A DNA stretch of 56,008 bases, filler included, from Jimgerdemannia flammicorona (taxonomy: Eukaryota), in assembly GCA_003990765.1 (NCBI GenBank). It is 3 parts of 3 records of this genome, joined end to end, with 100 filler letters (N's around TTAATTAATTAA, not from the genome) between each part and the next. Parts side by side here need not be neighbours in the genome. Positions count along the whole stretch, not along the records: positions 18,705 to 37,307 come from RBNJ01002165.1; 2 more parts are not named here. The stretch is one strand, 5' to 3'. The notes under the pieces are model-generated. The model did not search any database, was not told the DNA's origin, and saw only the letters and a program-made list of their open reading frames with translations. Below, in pieces: positions 24,334 to 37,407 of the stretch; the first letter of the stretch is position 1, and each line of letters starts with the position of its first letter. Both the position numbers and the translations under genes were made by a program.

Positions 24334-26889
24334 GGTTGGGGTATTTGACTACAAATTTTCTAGGTATAAATATAAAATAATATTTATTAGAGTCTGAAAT
24401 ATTATAGAAGTATTAGTTAAGCCAAAGAGCATAACTATGAACTTGAAATATCTATAGTAAGTTCAGTAGGCTATTTTCTTTCATAGCAATTTACCAGTAG
24501 TTATTTTATAAATCAAAAGAGCTTATAAATTGTAGATTAGTAAGTTTGTCAAAAATTTCATTAATTTAGAATAGCAGATAACAATTCTTAATAGTCTGTT
24601 TATTGAGGTCTCAGTAATCAATATATATTTAGAGATCTCCTCCTTTCTTGATAATAAAGAGAACTGATATACTATATAGTATAACATGCCTGACTCAATG
24701 AAGGCAAATTACAAGGTTGGGGGTTGATGTAGTTTGGCTTGAGCCCCCAGTTACTTTGTCAAAAAGTAACAAAATATTCTAAGATTCCTGAAGTCCTTGG
24801 TGTTTAGTGGTATAATAGTCAAAAGCTAGATATCTGCAAGCAATTTCCTTATTGGGATGGTTCTCTGGGTGTAGTAGTGATTTGTATGTCTTTCCTTCTT
24901 GAGTCAACTAGGAATTAGTAGAATTTTATATGTAGCATGACAATCTCTCTATGTAATGGTCTGATGATTTTAGCAGTTCTTCTTCTTGGGTGGCAATCTC
25001 CAATTTCTGCATGATGATCTCTGTGTAGCATAAATGGATTTCTTATGTGATATGATCTGGCAATCTGGTGGATAACTTGATTTGGTGGGAATTCTCCTAA
25101 ATCAGTGGGATTCTTGAATATTACAGAGAATTGTACTGATAGCAGATAACTTGATAACTTGGGCTTACTGGGAATAAATAACTCAGATGTCGCAGATTCT
25201 TTCTGAATCAGCAGACTTCTGGAAATGTGGATAACTCGAAAACAGCAGATGATGTGGATTCTCCTGAATCAGCAGGCTTCTGGGAAATAACTCAGATGGT
25301 GCGGATTCTTCCTGAATCAGCAGCTTCAACTGGAAATGTACTGGTGGCTTCTTGGAAAGGGTCTCTTAGCAAAGTTACATCAAAGACTGGCTTCATTTAT
25401 GCAAACAGATCACTGCAAAGTTACATCAGAAACTGGCTTAAGCAAGGCAGCTTTCTCTTAGATGGAAATATTCAGGCTTATCTGGTAAGTGAACTAATAA
25501 TTCCAAAGGTAGTGAAGTTCTTCACTCGAACTTAGTAGTAAAATCTTCAAGCTTTATATCAGAAAGTGGACCAGAGTGGGGAAATAAGCTTACAATCTCC
25601 TAGCAGTAGCTGTAGAGTTCCTCTTGAAATATGGTAGGCAGACTTATCTTTTGCTTCAATTTCAGACTCTTCTCTTCTAGCTTAGTCTGGCAAGTATACC
25701 AATAGTGTGGCTTATTCCTTAAGCAGCAGGTTCTTCAGACTTAGTCTGGCTAGCATACCAATTAATAGCACAGCTTATTCCTTAAGCAGCAGGTTCTTCA
25801 GACTTAGTCTGGCAAGCATACCAATCTTTTGTATCGGAAAGTAGACCAGAGTGGAAAAGGAATGCTATTGCTTTAGATTCAATTTTGGACTGAGGTTTAT
25901 TCACTCTTATCTCTAGTATAATTTATATATTATGGTTGCTATCTAGTTGCTATGTTGCTAATTATAGATTACTATCTATGGCAAGTGTGCAGGTTTTGCA
26001 TGAGTGTGTAGGTCTTACACAGGTATGTAGGTCTTACACAGATATATAGGTCTTACACAAGTCTACCTTATCCAGTAGTCTGGTTATTTATGTAGCTTTC
26101 TGCAGAAATAGTTGCTGGTTACTATGCTATATGTTCATATCATCTGGCTAAGTTATAATTTAGGTAGTACATTCTGGTTTGTTACAATAGTAATATATTA
26201 GATTTAATGAATCCTTGTCCTAGGAGTTCATTAATTTCTTTCTTAAGTATGTTGATTTCTCTAGAATATATATGGTAGATTGACTTAAAAGTTGGCTTAG
26301 TATCTAGTATGGTCTTGATTTTATGGTCAACTATATATTTGAGTAGTAGCCCTTTAGGAAGTTCTTTAGAAATATATCTCAAAATTTCTAAACTAGATGT
26401 TTGACATAACTGTTAACTTTGGAAAAGTCTTCTTTGAGGTTTTTAGGTTCTCTTTTAAATAAATATATCAAGATATAGCAAAGAGAGGGCACTTCTTTGC
26501 TAATTTCTTAAGTTATAATTTATTAATACAAATGATTGTTAGATAAGGATTATTAGAGCTAAATAGATCTCTTTTATCTTATAGTTTAAAATTGTAGTAA
26601 TTTTTATTAATGGTTATAGAATAGTTTACTCAATCTATCTTGAAGTTTTTTTGTTTTAACTATAGTATTCTAAGAATGATCTTGTTATCTGAAAGTAGTA
26701 TGATTCAGAAGGTAATATATACTTAATAGTCACTAATTCTAAAGAGTAAATTGCAGATTTTCTTACCAATAATGTATGAGGTTCCATCAGTAGTAGTAAC
26801 TGTTTGAGTTCTTGGATTTATTGTACTAAAGAGATCAGAACTTTAAGTCTGTTGACTGTTTCCTTATTGATAAAATTGTCAGAGATATC
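24334..26889 (-). pseudogene. Ty3/Gypsy pol fragment (protease C-terminal half to RT), split by a solo LTR
   Basis: DHKIKTI...EINELLGQGFIKS (26187-26382) continues as SVLFIIKKGGDL..IDY.DLNKQT...VMLFGLTN (~24400-24679). 26400-26889 aligns with the protease region at 15580-16040. Confidence 0.82.
24680..26186. repeat. Solo LTR (1507 bp) with 4-bp TSD ATAG
   Basis: T(G>A)TAACA...TGTTACA termini, ATAG at 24676-24679 and 26187-26190, and it precisely interrupts the RT coding sequence. Contains internal tandem repeats (GAATCAGCAG; CTTAGTCTGGC units). Confidence 0.8.
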
Positions 26890-28487
26890 TGTAAGAGGGT
26901 TACTTTATTAGAGTATCATTATATAGTTCTGGAAAGATTTTCTGGAAGTTCTGGATGTTCTGAAAGACTATTTTCTTTAAGATCAAGATCAATTTCATAT
27001 AGAGTATATTCTCTATACTTATTGATTTCAAGATTAGGTTGATGTCTCAACCAAAGTCTCTTTTTGAATTATTCTGGATGTTCAGAATTTCCTGTATTTT
27101 AGAAAGTTCAAGAAATAAAGACCAGCTTAGTTAAATTGATATATTGCTGTAGATAACACTTAATTAGGAAATTTTGGGATTTAGTTAAGAGTGAGATCTA
27201 ATGGAGTACAGATTTACTTAAGAGTGGTTTGTAGATTTTTAAATAGGTTTATTCACTATTTATGATATTACTATACTAGGAGTAGTGTGTGAAGAGATAT
27301 TTATATTGAGAAGTATTCTTGACTTGTTTGTCTATATTTTTCTATCTGTTCTGTCTAAGTTTCTAAGGTCTGAGAGAATTGGTATTTATACTAATGAGAG
27401 GCTATCTAGACTATACTGAATATGGATATAGTACTTTGTACTTTGATGAGTCAGAATACAGTCATATAGTATAAGTGTGAACTGAGATATCAAGAGATTA
27501 TCTGACTGATAAGTCAGTATGCAATTATATAGTATAAGGCTAATTTAACTATACTAATAACAACTAAGCTATCTATAGATTTAGACACAATCTGGATATT
27601 ATTTAATGAGGTTACTATCAATGATATTATCTCTGATGAAGTAGTTGTCTAAGAAGAGTGATTCTTGAATTATATCTTTTTGTTTATTTATGTAGTAGTA
27701 GGTTGAAACTATATTGCTATCTCACAAGATAGCATTATCTATCTTATATGCTGGATAGGATATTGGTGGGCAAAGAAAGGATATATTATCTTCACTTTTA
27801 TCAGATTTGCTATCAGTTTACCTTTGGTAGATTATGATACTATGTGTTACAGAGTTGTAGTATACTAGTGGCTGTAGTTCATTTTATTCATACTCAGGAG
27901 GTAGAATTGTTGGTTTGATCTCAAGAGTTGTTTAGAGATATAGGTTATGTTCTTTATTCTCTTCATTATAGTTGAAGTAATTAGATATAAATATAGGTTA
28001 GTACTCATACTAGTGGTCATTATCTCAATAGGTCTCATAAGCAGTTATGAACTATTGTAAGTTCATTGATAAGATTGGCAGAGTGATCAGAATTGGTAGA
28101 GATTCTTGGCTAGAGGTCATGTGAGCATCAGAGAGATCATTATCTTCTGCTTCATAATTATTGAACTGGATTATATCATAGATATTCTTCATGGTATATT
28201 CAACTTAGGACATTTGTAAGATATAATCATCAGAGTACAGAAAGAGTCTATCTGTAGTTTGGGCATACTCAATATACTTATAGTTGAGTTCTTATATAAT
28301 ATTTTCAATTTAGCTATAGGACAGAATGACAACTATTTCAGTGATAGTATCTCAGAGGTGGAGAATAAAGTACTGTACTTATAGAAGAGTTCTCAGTACT
28401 TGTAAGTAATGAGTTTCTAGTGTTAAAACATTTCAGTAATATTAGCATCATAGTAATGGCTAACTATATCTTCTAAGAGATAACTAA
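26890..28487 (-). repeat. Family Y LTR, partial and heavily decayed; interrupted by another family Y LTR
   Basis: Begins TGTAAGAGGGTTAC on + and is collinear with 54127-55715. Confidence 0.85.
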
Positions 28488-31437
28488 TGTAAGAGAGTTG
28501 CTTTTTATGGTAACTGTTATATAGTTCTGAAAGGGTTTTCTGGAAGTTCTGGATATTCTGGAAGACTGTTTTCTTCTGGTTAAGATTAATTTCGTATATA
28601 GTATGTCCTCTATACTTATTGATTTCAAGATTGGGTTGACGTCTCAACCAAAGTCTTTTTTTGGACTAGTTCTGGATGTTCAGGATTTTCTATATTTCAG
28701 GAAGTTCAAGAAACTAAGACCAGCTTAGTTGAATTAGTATATTGCTGCAGACAATACCCAATTAGGAAATTTCATGATGAGGTTAGGAGTGGGACCTAAC
28801 AGGGAGCAGATTTACTTAAGAGTGGTTTGTGGGTTATTAAATAGATTTATTTGCTATTCATGATATTGCTATACTAGGAGTAGTTGTGTGAAGAGATATT
28901 GTGGGAAAGTGCTCAGGAGTTGTGTTTGGATTGTTCTGGTATATTTGAGTCTGAGATTCTGAGGTTGTATTTATACTAGTGAGGGGCTATCTGGACTATG
29001 CTAGATATAGATGTAGCACTTAGTGCCTTGCTGAGTCAGAATGCAGTCACATAGTACAGGTGTAATCTGATATATCAAGAGATTGTCTGACTGCTGAGTT
29101 AGTTCACAGTCATATTGTACAAGGCTAATCTAACTATACTATGACTGCTAAGCTATTTATAGGTTTAGATGCTGTCTGGGTAGTCTTTGATGACATCACC
29201 ATTGATTGCATCATCTCTGATGAAGTAGTCATCTAGAAAGAGTAGTTCGTAGATTACTTCTTCTTATTTTTTTTTTTTTTTTTTTTTTTTTTAACAGACT
29301 CAAGTTCTGCAGATTTTTATTGGAAGGGAACCTAGACAATATAGGCCAAAACCCTCCCCCACCACCCATCAAGTACTGCTCCCCCATTAATCTAGGCTAA
29401 CTATTGTCCAGCAGCTCGACCATGCCAGGCGCAGCAGGGCCTATATTGGCCCACACCTCATTCTATGCACCATACTCTCCCTACCACCAGGGGAAACCCA
29501 GCCATATATCAATGACCAAAAGCACATGCCTGAGAACCCAACATATGTACAAGGCCATACCTGAGCTAAATAGAATAGCTCCTACCACCCTAAAGAGAAT
29601 GATAGATAAAGAAAAACCCTCATCAAAGCACAACATGGTGGGTAGGGCCTGGTTCTCTCAGTCGAGATGAGTAAAGGACTTACATGTGACGTGGGAGGAG
29701 ACCCCCAATACCCCACTACTCATGCCTGCAGGCCTTGATCACATTACCATATCAGCTCCCAGTTCCAGTTGAGTGCAGCCAAGATGCTTGAAATGGGTAG
29801 CCTCGGGCCCCCCGACCCCTCCTGGCAACTGGGGCCCAACCCTGCTGACTGCCAAAAGAAGCCGAGAGTGACACCTACTACCTAACCATACCACACTAAT
29901 CAAAAGGCCCCACCAAAGCAGCACCTGCCCCAGCCCTGATGTCTGCCCCCAGCCTGGCACCCTACTGGTTCACCGTTATTGTCCTTCCTCCTATCTGTGA
30001 TGGCCATCTCCCCTCCCATCCTGACAACACCCAAAAAGCAGTCACCTACACCAGAACCGTGCTCGCCAGGAAGCTCGCCAAAGTCAGAGGGCCCCACCAC
30101 AGGTACCGAGGATCTGCAGATAACCTATACTGAGTACTTGATGCCCAAGGTTAGCCAACTCTCTACATAGCCCAAGATACACTGAGACAGCACCTTGTTG
30201 GCGATGGTAAAAGGAAGAAGGCACTGCACCAAAATGGATGTACTCCAGATTTAGCTGAAGGCATCAGAAACTGTGAAAAAGTGGAGAAGACACCAATCTG
30301 ACACTAATAAAGAGGTAACTTGTCACCATTGCCTCCCTCCCACTGCCCTGCAACAGGTACAGCAAACCAACCCAAGGTAGAGGGGGTAATAATTGTGGAA
30401 AGTGAACTCAGAAGATTGCCTACCAAACCATTGTGACTAGTAAGGTAGCGGAGAAAGGGGATGGATTACTTCTCCTTGTTCCTAAGGTAATAATACATTG
30501 GAACTTCATCACCATCCCACAGAATCACATCATCTGTCTCATATACTGGATAAGGTGTTGGTGGGCAAAGGAGTGATGTATCATCTTCACTTTCATTGAA
30601 TTCGCTGTCTGCATACCTTCTATAGGTTATAGCACTATGAGTTGCAGGGTTGTAGTAAGCTGGCAGCTGTGGTTCATGTTGCTCATACTTGGGTGGCAGA
30701 GTTGTTGGTTTGATCTTGAGGGTTATCTGAAGATACAGGTTGTATTCTCCAGTCTCTTCATTGTAGTTGAAGTAATCAGGGGTAAATGCGGGTTAGTATT
30801 CATACCAGTGGTCATTGTCCCAATAAGTCTCGTATGTGGTTATGAACTGTTGTAAGTTCATCAGTAAGGTTAGTGGTGTGATCAGGGTTGGCAGGGATCC
30901 TTGGCTTGAGGTCATGTTAGCATCAGAGGGATCATTGTCTTCTGCTTCATCGTCATCGAATCAGATTATATTGTAGATATCCTTCATGGCGTATCTGACT
31001 TGAGGCATTTGTAGGATATGGTTGTTGGGATGTGGGAAGGTTCTGTCTGTGGTCTCAACATACTCAAGGTACTTGTGATTGAGTTCTTGTATCATGTCAT
31101 TGATTTGGCCATAGGACAGAGTAGTAACCATTTTGGCAGTAGTAACTCAGAAGCAGGGAATAACAGTGCTATACTCATAGAAGAGTTCTTGATGTTTACA
31201 GGCAATGAGTTTCTGGTGTTGAGACATCTGAGTGATGTCTATATTGTAGTGGTGTTCGACCATATCTTCTAGGAGGCAGCCAATCTGATAGTAGCTTGAG
31301 ATTTGTCCAATTCGGTGGGTCTCGCTAAGCATGTTCAGGGCATTCCATCAGGCTTCCACAAAGTAGAGAGGTGCTAAGCTATGGATATTCATGAGGGGCA
31401 GAGGGGGTGTGGCTTGGTTGACAATGGTATTCCAAAT
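28488..31437 (-). repeat. Family Y LTR with U3 ORF remnant, interrupted by element X and then by a LINE
   Basis: TGTAAG terminus at 28488. Collinear with 54127-55866 once 29269-30463 is removed. Confidence 0.87.
29269..30463 (-). mobile_element. Element X copy 2
   Basis: Poly(T) at 29267-29292. ~17-bp TSD GATTACTTCTYCTTRTT (29252-29268 and 30464-30480). The uninterrupted site is visible at ~54893-54908. Confidence 0.9.
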
Positions 31438-31526
31438 AACTAAGGCACCTTTCTCTGGTAACATTCAGGTTACACAATCTTTGGCAACACTTTCGACACA
31501 GTTTCTGGAGACAAGCTACTAGTTTC

Positions 31527-33557
31527 ATGGCAACCAACAAGCATCCTGAGGTGCGTACTGGGCAGGGTGGCCCTGGAGCATTCAAATGGCAGCAAGTGGG
31601 GAGAGGCCCTGGCTTGGGGGGAAGCATGAGGGGCCTGCTGGTGGGAGGACGTGGTGGAGGAGGGAGCAGAGCTAGAGATCAAGGAACCGGTAGGGCGAGC
31701 TTTGTGGAGAAGATGAAGGGGAGTCAGCAGGGGGCCGGACTGGAGAGCTGGCTGAGGGGGGGGAAGGTGCTAGTGAGGGCTTCTAGGCAGCAACCTCATG
31801 GGGGTGCCTCTCTGGAGGGCCATAGGGGTGGAGCTGGGGGGGTAGCAGCTGGGGCGGGGACTGCTGATGGAGGTGTGATGGGCAATCTGGAAAAAAATCT
31901 AGATGGGACTGCTGATGGTGAGCTGAGCAGTGAGAAGGGCATGAGGCCCGGGGACCTAGCAGATGGTGTAACGGGACTGGCAGTGGTGCCATTACTCAAG
32001 AAGGTGATCTCGGAATTTGCAGTCATGATGTGTTTCCGAGGCTTAGCAGTGACGACGAAAATGGTGCTGGGGCTCATCACTAAGCAGGTGGTAGGAGCTG
32101 CATCTGTGAAGTTCTTGAAAGGACTGGAGGGAGTGGAGGTTGGTTTTGAGGAGGTGGCGCCACTGGAGGAGGCACTGAAGGTTGGATTGGTGGTTGGGGA
32201 GGTGTGTGTTCTGATGGCACGTTGCCTGAAGTGGGATCCCAGGGTGGTCCAGCTGCTGGTGAAAGGAGTGCCGACAGTGACGGCAATGGAGACAAGAAAG
32301 AGAGTTGAGGATTTCATGGTGGAGTATGGAGAGGTGGTGGATATCAGATTCAGGATCTGGGAAGGGACCTCGCTCAGGACGGGCGACATGGATGTGAGGA
32401 TTCGGCTGGCTGGGAAGGAAGCTACTGGGAAGGCAAGGGACTGGCCTTCAGCGATAGTCTGGGGAGTGATCCTGTGCAAGGTGACAAGGGTGAAGGGTAG
32501 TGAGGAGGAGGAGGAGGATCTATTGGAAGTGCTAGAAGAGCTGAGTGGTGCTGTAGAGAGGTGAGCGAAGGCTTGGGAGGCTTTTGTGAAGGCGACGCAT
32601 TTGGAGATAGTGGATGAAAAGTGGATTCGAGTGACTAAGGAGCAGTGGGAAAGGGCTCAAGGGCATAAGAGACAGAAGAAGCTGCTGGCCAAGCTGGATA
32701 ATGGGCCACTGGGGGATGCGAGCAAGATGAAGGGTGCAGGGGGAGCCAAAGTGAGTGTCTGGACTGGCGAGGGGGAGGGGAAGGACAAGAAAGAGGCAGG
32801 GGAGGATAAGGCAAAGCATAGTAAGGACCCATATGCTGATGGTACGCTGGAGGTTTGGGAGGAGGACTGGGAGGGCTCCCCTACCCCTACCCCTCTTATC
32901 AGACGTGGCCTGGCTTCCCGAAACAGGGTGGTGGAAGATGTGCCAATGCAAGGGGCCCAGAGGGTGCAATTCAGAGTTCCAGAGGTGGCATATGGGGGAC
33001 AGGTGGTGGCGGCTGGCGAGGAGGAACTAGTGGATGTCCTGGAGGTATGGGATGAGTCTGCAAGCACTGGAGCTGACACCACAATGTTGGATGGAGGGAG
33101 GCCGGCAACTCCAGGAGAGAAAGAGGTGGGGAACTTACTTTGAATGTGCTGGATGATGAACAATCTGGTGGCGGAAGAGCTGGGGGAGGTGGACTTGTGA
33201 GTGATGAGTGATGAGCATTGGGCAGGGATACTGTAGGGGGATGGAGTAATGAAGGCACTGAAGGCGGAAATTCTTGCGGTGTACCTGGAGGAGGAAGGGT
33301 ATGAGGTGGATAAGGAAAGGGAGGTGGAGATGGCGGTCGTTGCTGGAGAGAGGGCTGAATACTGCTGGAACAAGCATCATGGACTGCAACTCTAGCAGGA
33401 GGCTTGCATAGAATACCGAGAGGAGTTCGAGGAGAAGGCCGATGGAGAGATGAATGAACTGCTGACTGGATTGGAGGCTCAGAGGGCAGAAGAGGAGGAG
33501 GTGGCTGCAGAACATAATCTGGACACAGTGCAGGTGGAGATGAGCATGGAGCAGTAG
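31527..33557 (+). pseudogene. LINE ORF1 (RRM-like nucleic-acid chaperone, ~676 codons, 5 premature stops)
   Basis: One reading frame from ATG 31527 to TAG 33555. RRM-like VQLLVKGVP...EYGEVVDI...RTGDMDVRI. Terminal stop position is conserved in the copies at 9208 and 22251. Confidence 0.85.
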
Positions 33558-33587
33558 AGATTGATTGACAGCATAACATCTTCTAAT

Positions 33588-36500
33588 ATGAACAGTACAA
33601 CCAACATTTTCTCTTTAAACGTGAATGGGTTAAGGGGCGCTACTCGACGTAGGAACATTTTTACTTGGATGAAGGGATTGGAGGCCGATCTCTTCCTCTT
33701 GCAGGATGTCCGGTGTGAAGATGATTCTGATAGGATAGAATGGACAAAGGAATGGGGAGGTGTGGCAATTTGGAAGGGCAAGGTTGGGATTTTGGTTCAG
33801 AAAGGCAGAGGGGAGATATAGGAGGTGAGGAGCTGGGGGGAGAGGCCGGTCTGGGGTGAGTGGATTCGGGCAGGCTGGGAGCCAGTTATAGTTGGCTCCT
33901 GCTATTGCTCTGTGGTATGGGGTGAGAGAGTAGATTGGGTGAAAGGCTTACAGAAGAGTGGGATACTTGCAGAGACAGGAGTGGATATACTTGGGGGAGA
34001 TTTCAATATGGTTCGGGACATACTGATGGATAGGACAGACAGAGGACAAGGTGCTGAGAGCAGGAGTGGAGGACTGGTGGCATGGGAGGAAGTAGAACGA
34101 CTAAGTGCACTAGTAGATGCTGGCAGGGAGTGCTGGGGGAATAGAAGGGTTTATACACATTGGGCAGGGGGTCTGGGGACAAGAATCGACTGGGTTTTGA
34201 TGGCCAGCTGCTGGGACCTTAATGTTTGGAAGTCATTGGAGGTAGAATGGTGTCCATGGTCGGATCACTGGAGGCTTTTGGGACAGGGGTGCTTTGGGGG
34301 AAGTGGGGATGGGCCTGGACATTGGTGCCTCAATTCCTCTTTGTTAGATGACAAGATCCGGTGGGATGAGTGGGCTAAAGACATTCAGCTGAGGGTAGAG
34401 AACTGGCGGCAAGAAGGGGCCTCAGTTGGGACTTGGTGGATGAGGATGAAGGAGATGGCCAAGATTTACTGGAGTGAGGTGGGCAAGGAGGCAGGGAAGC
34501 AGCGAAGGCGAAGAGTGTGGTGGGCTTCTACTAGATTGACGAGGCTTCTGGAGGAGTGGGCAAGGCTGAAGATGTTGGAGGAAGAAGATGATTGGAGGTC
34601 AATGAGGGTGAAAATGGAGGTTGGGGAACTTCGATAGGTGCTGCGGGAAGAGGAAGAGGCAAGGGTCCATTGCTTGGCAGCACAGCTTCGCTGGCAGGAT
34701 CTAGAGGAAGGAGAAAGGCCTTCCAAGTACCTTACAAGGGCCCTTAGGGTGAGGCAGGTACAGCAATGGTGGGAAGGGGTGCTGGACTCAGATGGTAGAC
34801 TGTTGCATGGTGTGCAGGACATTCTTGGATCGCTGAAGGAGAGATGGAGTGGATTGTGGAGTGAGGAAGAGGGTGGGGCAGATGCCGCTACCATTGAACA
34901 AGCATTGGAGGATTGGCACCCACCTCAAGTCGAGGGGCTAGGTGACCTGGTGATGCCTGTTCAGGAGGATGAGATCCACCAGGTTCTTGCCACGACAACG
35001 CCAGATACGGTACCTGGGGAGGATGGTCTGTCCTGGGACGTTTGGAAGTGAATGGTTGGAGTCCCAGGGGTAATGGGAGAGATGATGACATTGTGCGACC
35101 TAATTCTACAGACTGGGAGATGGGTGGGGGAGCAGGACCTTGGGCTGGTGATGCTGCTTTATAAAAACAAAGAAAGGCGGGAGGATTGGAAGAACTGGCG
35201 ACTGATAATGTTGCTAGATATGGACAGAAAGTTGGTGACTAAGGTGGTGGTGGCAAGACTACAGAAGGTGGCCCAGCAAGTCATGGGGGTTGAGCAGAGG
35301 GGATTTGTGAGTGGTTGGCTCATCAGGGATGGCACTGCCTGGGTACATGGCATTATCGAAGGGGCAAGAGCCTGTGGACTGGATGGGCGTCTAGTATTCT
35401 TGGACCAGGAGAAGGTGTATGACTGGGTGCGAAGAGTCTGGCTGGTGAAAGTTTTGGATAGAATGGGGGTTCCACACCAATTCCGGTCAGCAATGGTCAG
35501 CCTACTGGAAGGGAGTAGGGCAGCTCTCACATATAATGGACATAGAGGGGTAGCATTCCCCTTGGGTAGGGGGGTGCCCCAGGGGGATCCACTGTTCTCC
35601 ATTTTGTATGCTCTCTCCCTGGAACCCCTGATGGACAGAATTCGGAGGAGGATAGCAGGGCTCTCTGTCTTTGGTATTGGATGGAAAGTTGGGGCCTTTG
35701 CAGATGACATGGTGGTGGGTTTGGGGTCGATTGCTGATGTGGAAGAGCTCAAGAAGACTGTCGAGTGGTATGAGGAGAACTCTGGAGCTAAGCTGAATTG
35801 GCATAAGTGTGAAACAGTGGTGCTAGGCAATGGTCTGGTGGGAGGAGAAGTGATAGGAACAATCGTCCCCACTGGTGAAGCGGTGTGATATTTAGGCATA
35901 TATTTGTCAGTCTATGGGTCAGTTCTGCCCAGGCTTTGGTGGGAGCAGAGGATTGGAATCTGGGAGGAGGCCCTGTGGAGTTGGGGGGGAAGACAATTTT
36001 CTCTGGTAGGGCAGGTCTCGATTTTGAATGTCTACTGGCTGCCAAAGCTATGGTACCTGGCATATCATCTGGACTTCCCAGCCTGGGTGGTGAAGAGATT
36101 GATGAAGTCGGTGAAGGGATGGATTTGGGCTGGCAGGCAGAGTCAGATTGGCTGGGAGACCTTGTCCCTACAAGTGGCATGAGGTGGTCTTGGGCTGGTT
36201 GATTTTCCAAAACGGTTACACTGCTTGAGAGCATGGTGGCTAAAGAGGGCAGTGGAATTGAGAGGAGGTGGGTGGGTTCTCCTGCTACAGAAGATCTGGG
36301 AGAGGTGGTCATCACCAAGGGGCTCAACCAGTGATCTCCTCTCATTGGTTGGACTTCAGAATACTGAACAACTGCAATATAAAGGATTTTGGTGGGGGAT
36401 TGTGGAAGGGGTGCACCACATTGGTATTCATTGGCGGGGGAATGAAGGAGAGGAGGACTGGAACCCAGCTATGTGGAGATGGGATCATATACTGCTGGGT

Positions 36501-37244
36501 AGCACTCCTTTAATTGAGTTCGACATTGGGGATGGAATGGAATACCAAAGGGGACCAGGCCAGGATCTGTGGCCTAGCGGGTGGCAAGGAGTTGGAATTG
36601 GCGAAGAGTGGAATTGGTATGGTGTTTGGACCTGGAGTGCTGCAGTGAGAAAGTGGATGCCACCAAAGTACTGGGTGGTCTGGTGGCGCATACTGCAGAG
36701 GAATGTTATGCTCAACTTTCGCTCAGGGCACCTTGTCGTAGGGGGTTGCTTCAACTGTGATGAGTGCCATAATGTAGGGCAGAAGGGGGGTTATGTACAG
36801 ATGCCTGAACATTGGCTAGGAGAGTGTGAGGTGTTGGGGGATTTTTGGCGGACAATTGGGGAACATTTGGGGGTACAGCATCGGGGAGATGAAGTACAGG
36901 GGAGGTGGGAGAACTTGAGGGATAGATTGGTAAGAGAGATGGGGAAGGAGTGGCTTACTTTGGGTTGGGCTTTGGCTATTTGAGTGGGGCTGGCCAGTCA
37001 TTGGCTATTTGTTTTTGAGGATGGGAGGAGACAGGGCTTGGGAGACTGGTTGTTGTGGTGGCATAGACTTATGGAAGACACTTTAACAGGCTGGTGGCTG
37101 GGTTGGGGGCTGCAGGGTGGTCAGAGGCACCGCTTAGTGGAGAAAATTTGTGGGCAGAGTGGGGGGAGAGTTAGAGTAGTTGGTGAAAGGGTGATTTTTA
37201 TTCGTGAGGAGGTGGGGAGGGGCCCCCCTATGGGGATTGGGTAG
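33588..37244 (+). pseudogene. LINE ORF2: APE endonuclease, reverse transcriptase and C-terminal Zn-binding region (6 premature stops)
   Basis: SLNVNGL, GGDFN, RIDW and SDH (APE); QRGFV, LDQEK.YD, GVPQGDPL and AFADD (RT); CDEC...EHWLGEC. All track segments lie in the same frame. Confidence 0.95.
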
Positions 37245-37307
37245 TGGGTAGTGATGTTGTATACTTATTCATAGACTGGTAATAAAGGCAGAGTCCAAGT
37301 GACTATA

Positions 37308-37407
37308 NNNNNNNNNNNNNNNNNNNNNNNNNNNNNNNNNNNNNNNNNNNNTTAATTAATTAANNNNNNNNNNNNNNNNNNNNNNNNNNNNNNNNNNNNN
37401 NNNNNNN
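37308..37407. other. Scaffold gap (N44-TTAATTAATTAA-N44 linker)
   Basis: Run of N containing an artificial linker. Confidence 0.97.

Larger units (their letters stand above)
31446..37307 (+). mobile_element. Full-length L1/Tx1-type LINE (best-preserved complete copy, ~5.9 kb)
   Basis: 5' UTR CACCTTTCTC..., ORF1, a 30-nt spacer, ORF2, AATAAA at 37281, and 3' end GACTATA at the gap. Confidence 0.95.

Noticed and set aside
25680..25830. Regularly spaced direct repeats resembling a CRISPR array
   Set aside because: The 'spacers' are themselves repeated, the context is a eukaryotic LTR, and there are no cas genes.
33555..33590. ORF1 and ORF2 in the same frame separated by a single TAG (possible readthrough or single ORF)
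   Set aside because: The spacer is 30 nt here but 31 nt (9211-9241) and 32 nt (22219-22250) in other copies, and the stop is present in all three. The frame coincidence is not conserved.
31796..35899. Long antisense ORFs within the LINE (e.g. 31796-32479, 32657-33373, 35159-35899)
   Set aside because: Ser/Pro/Thr-rich shadows of a G-rich sense strand, with no domain signal.
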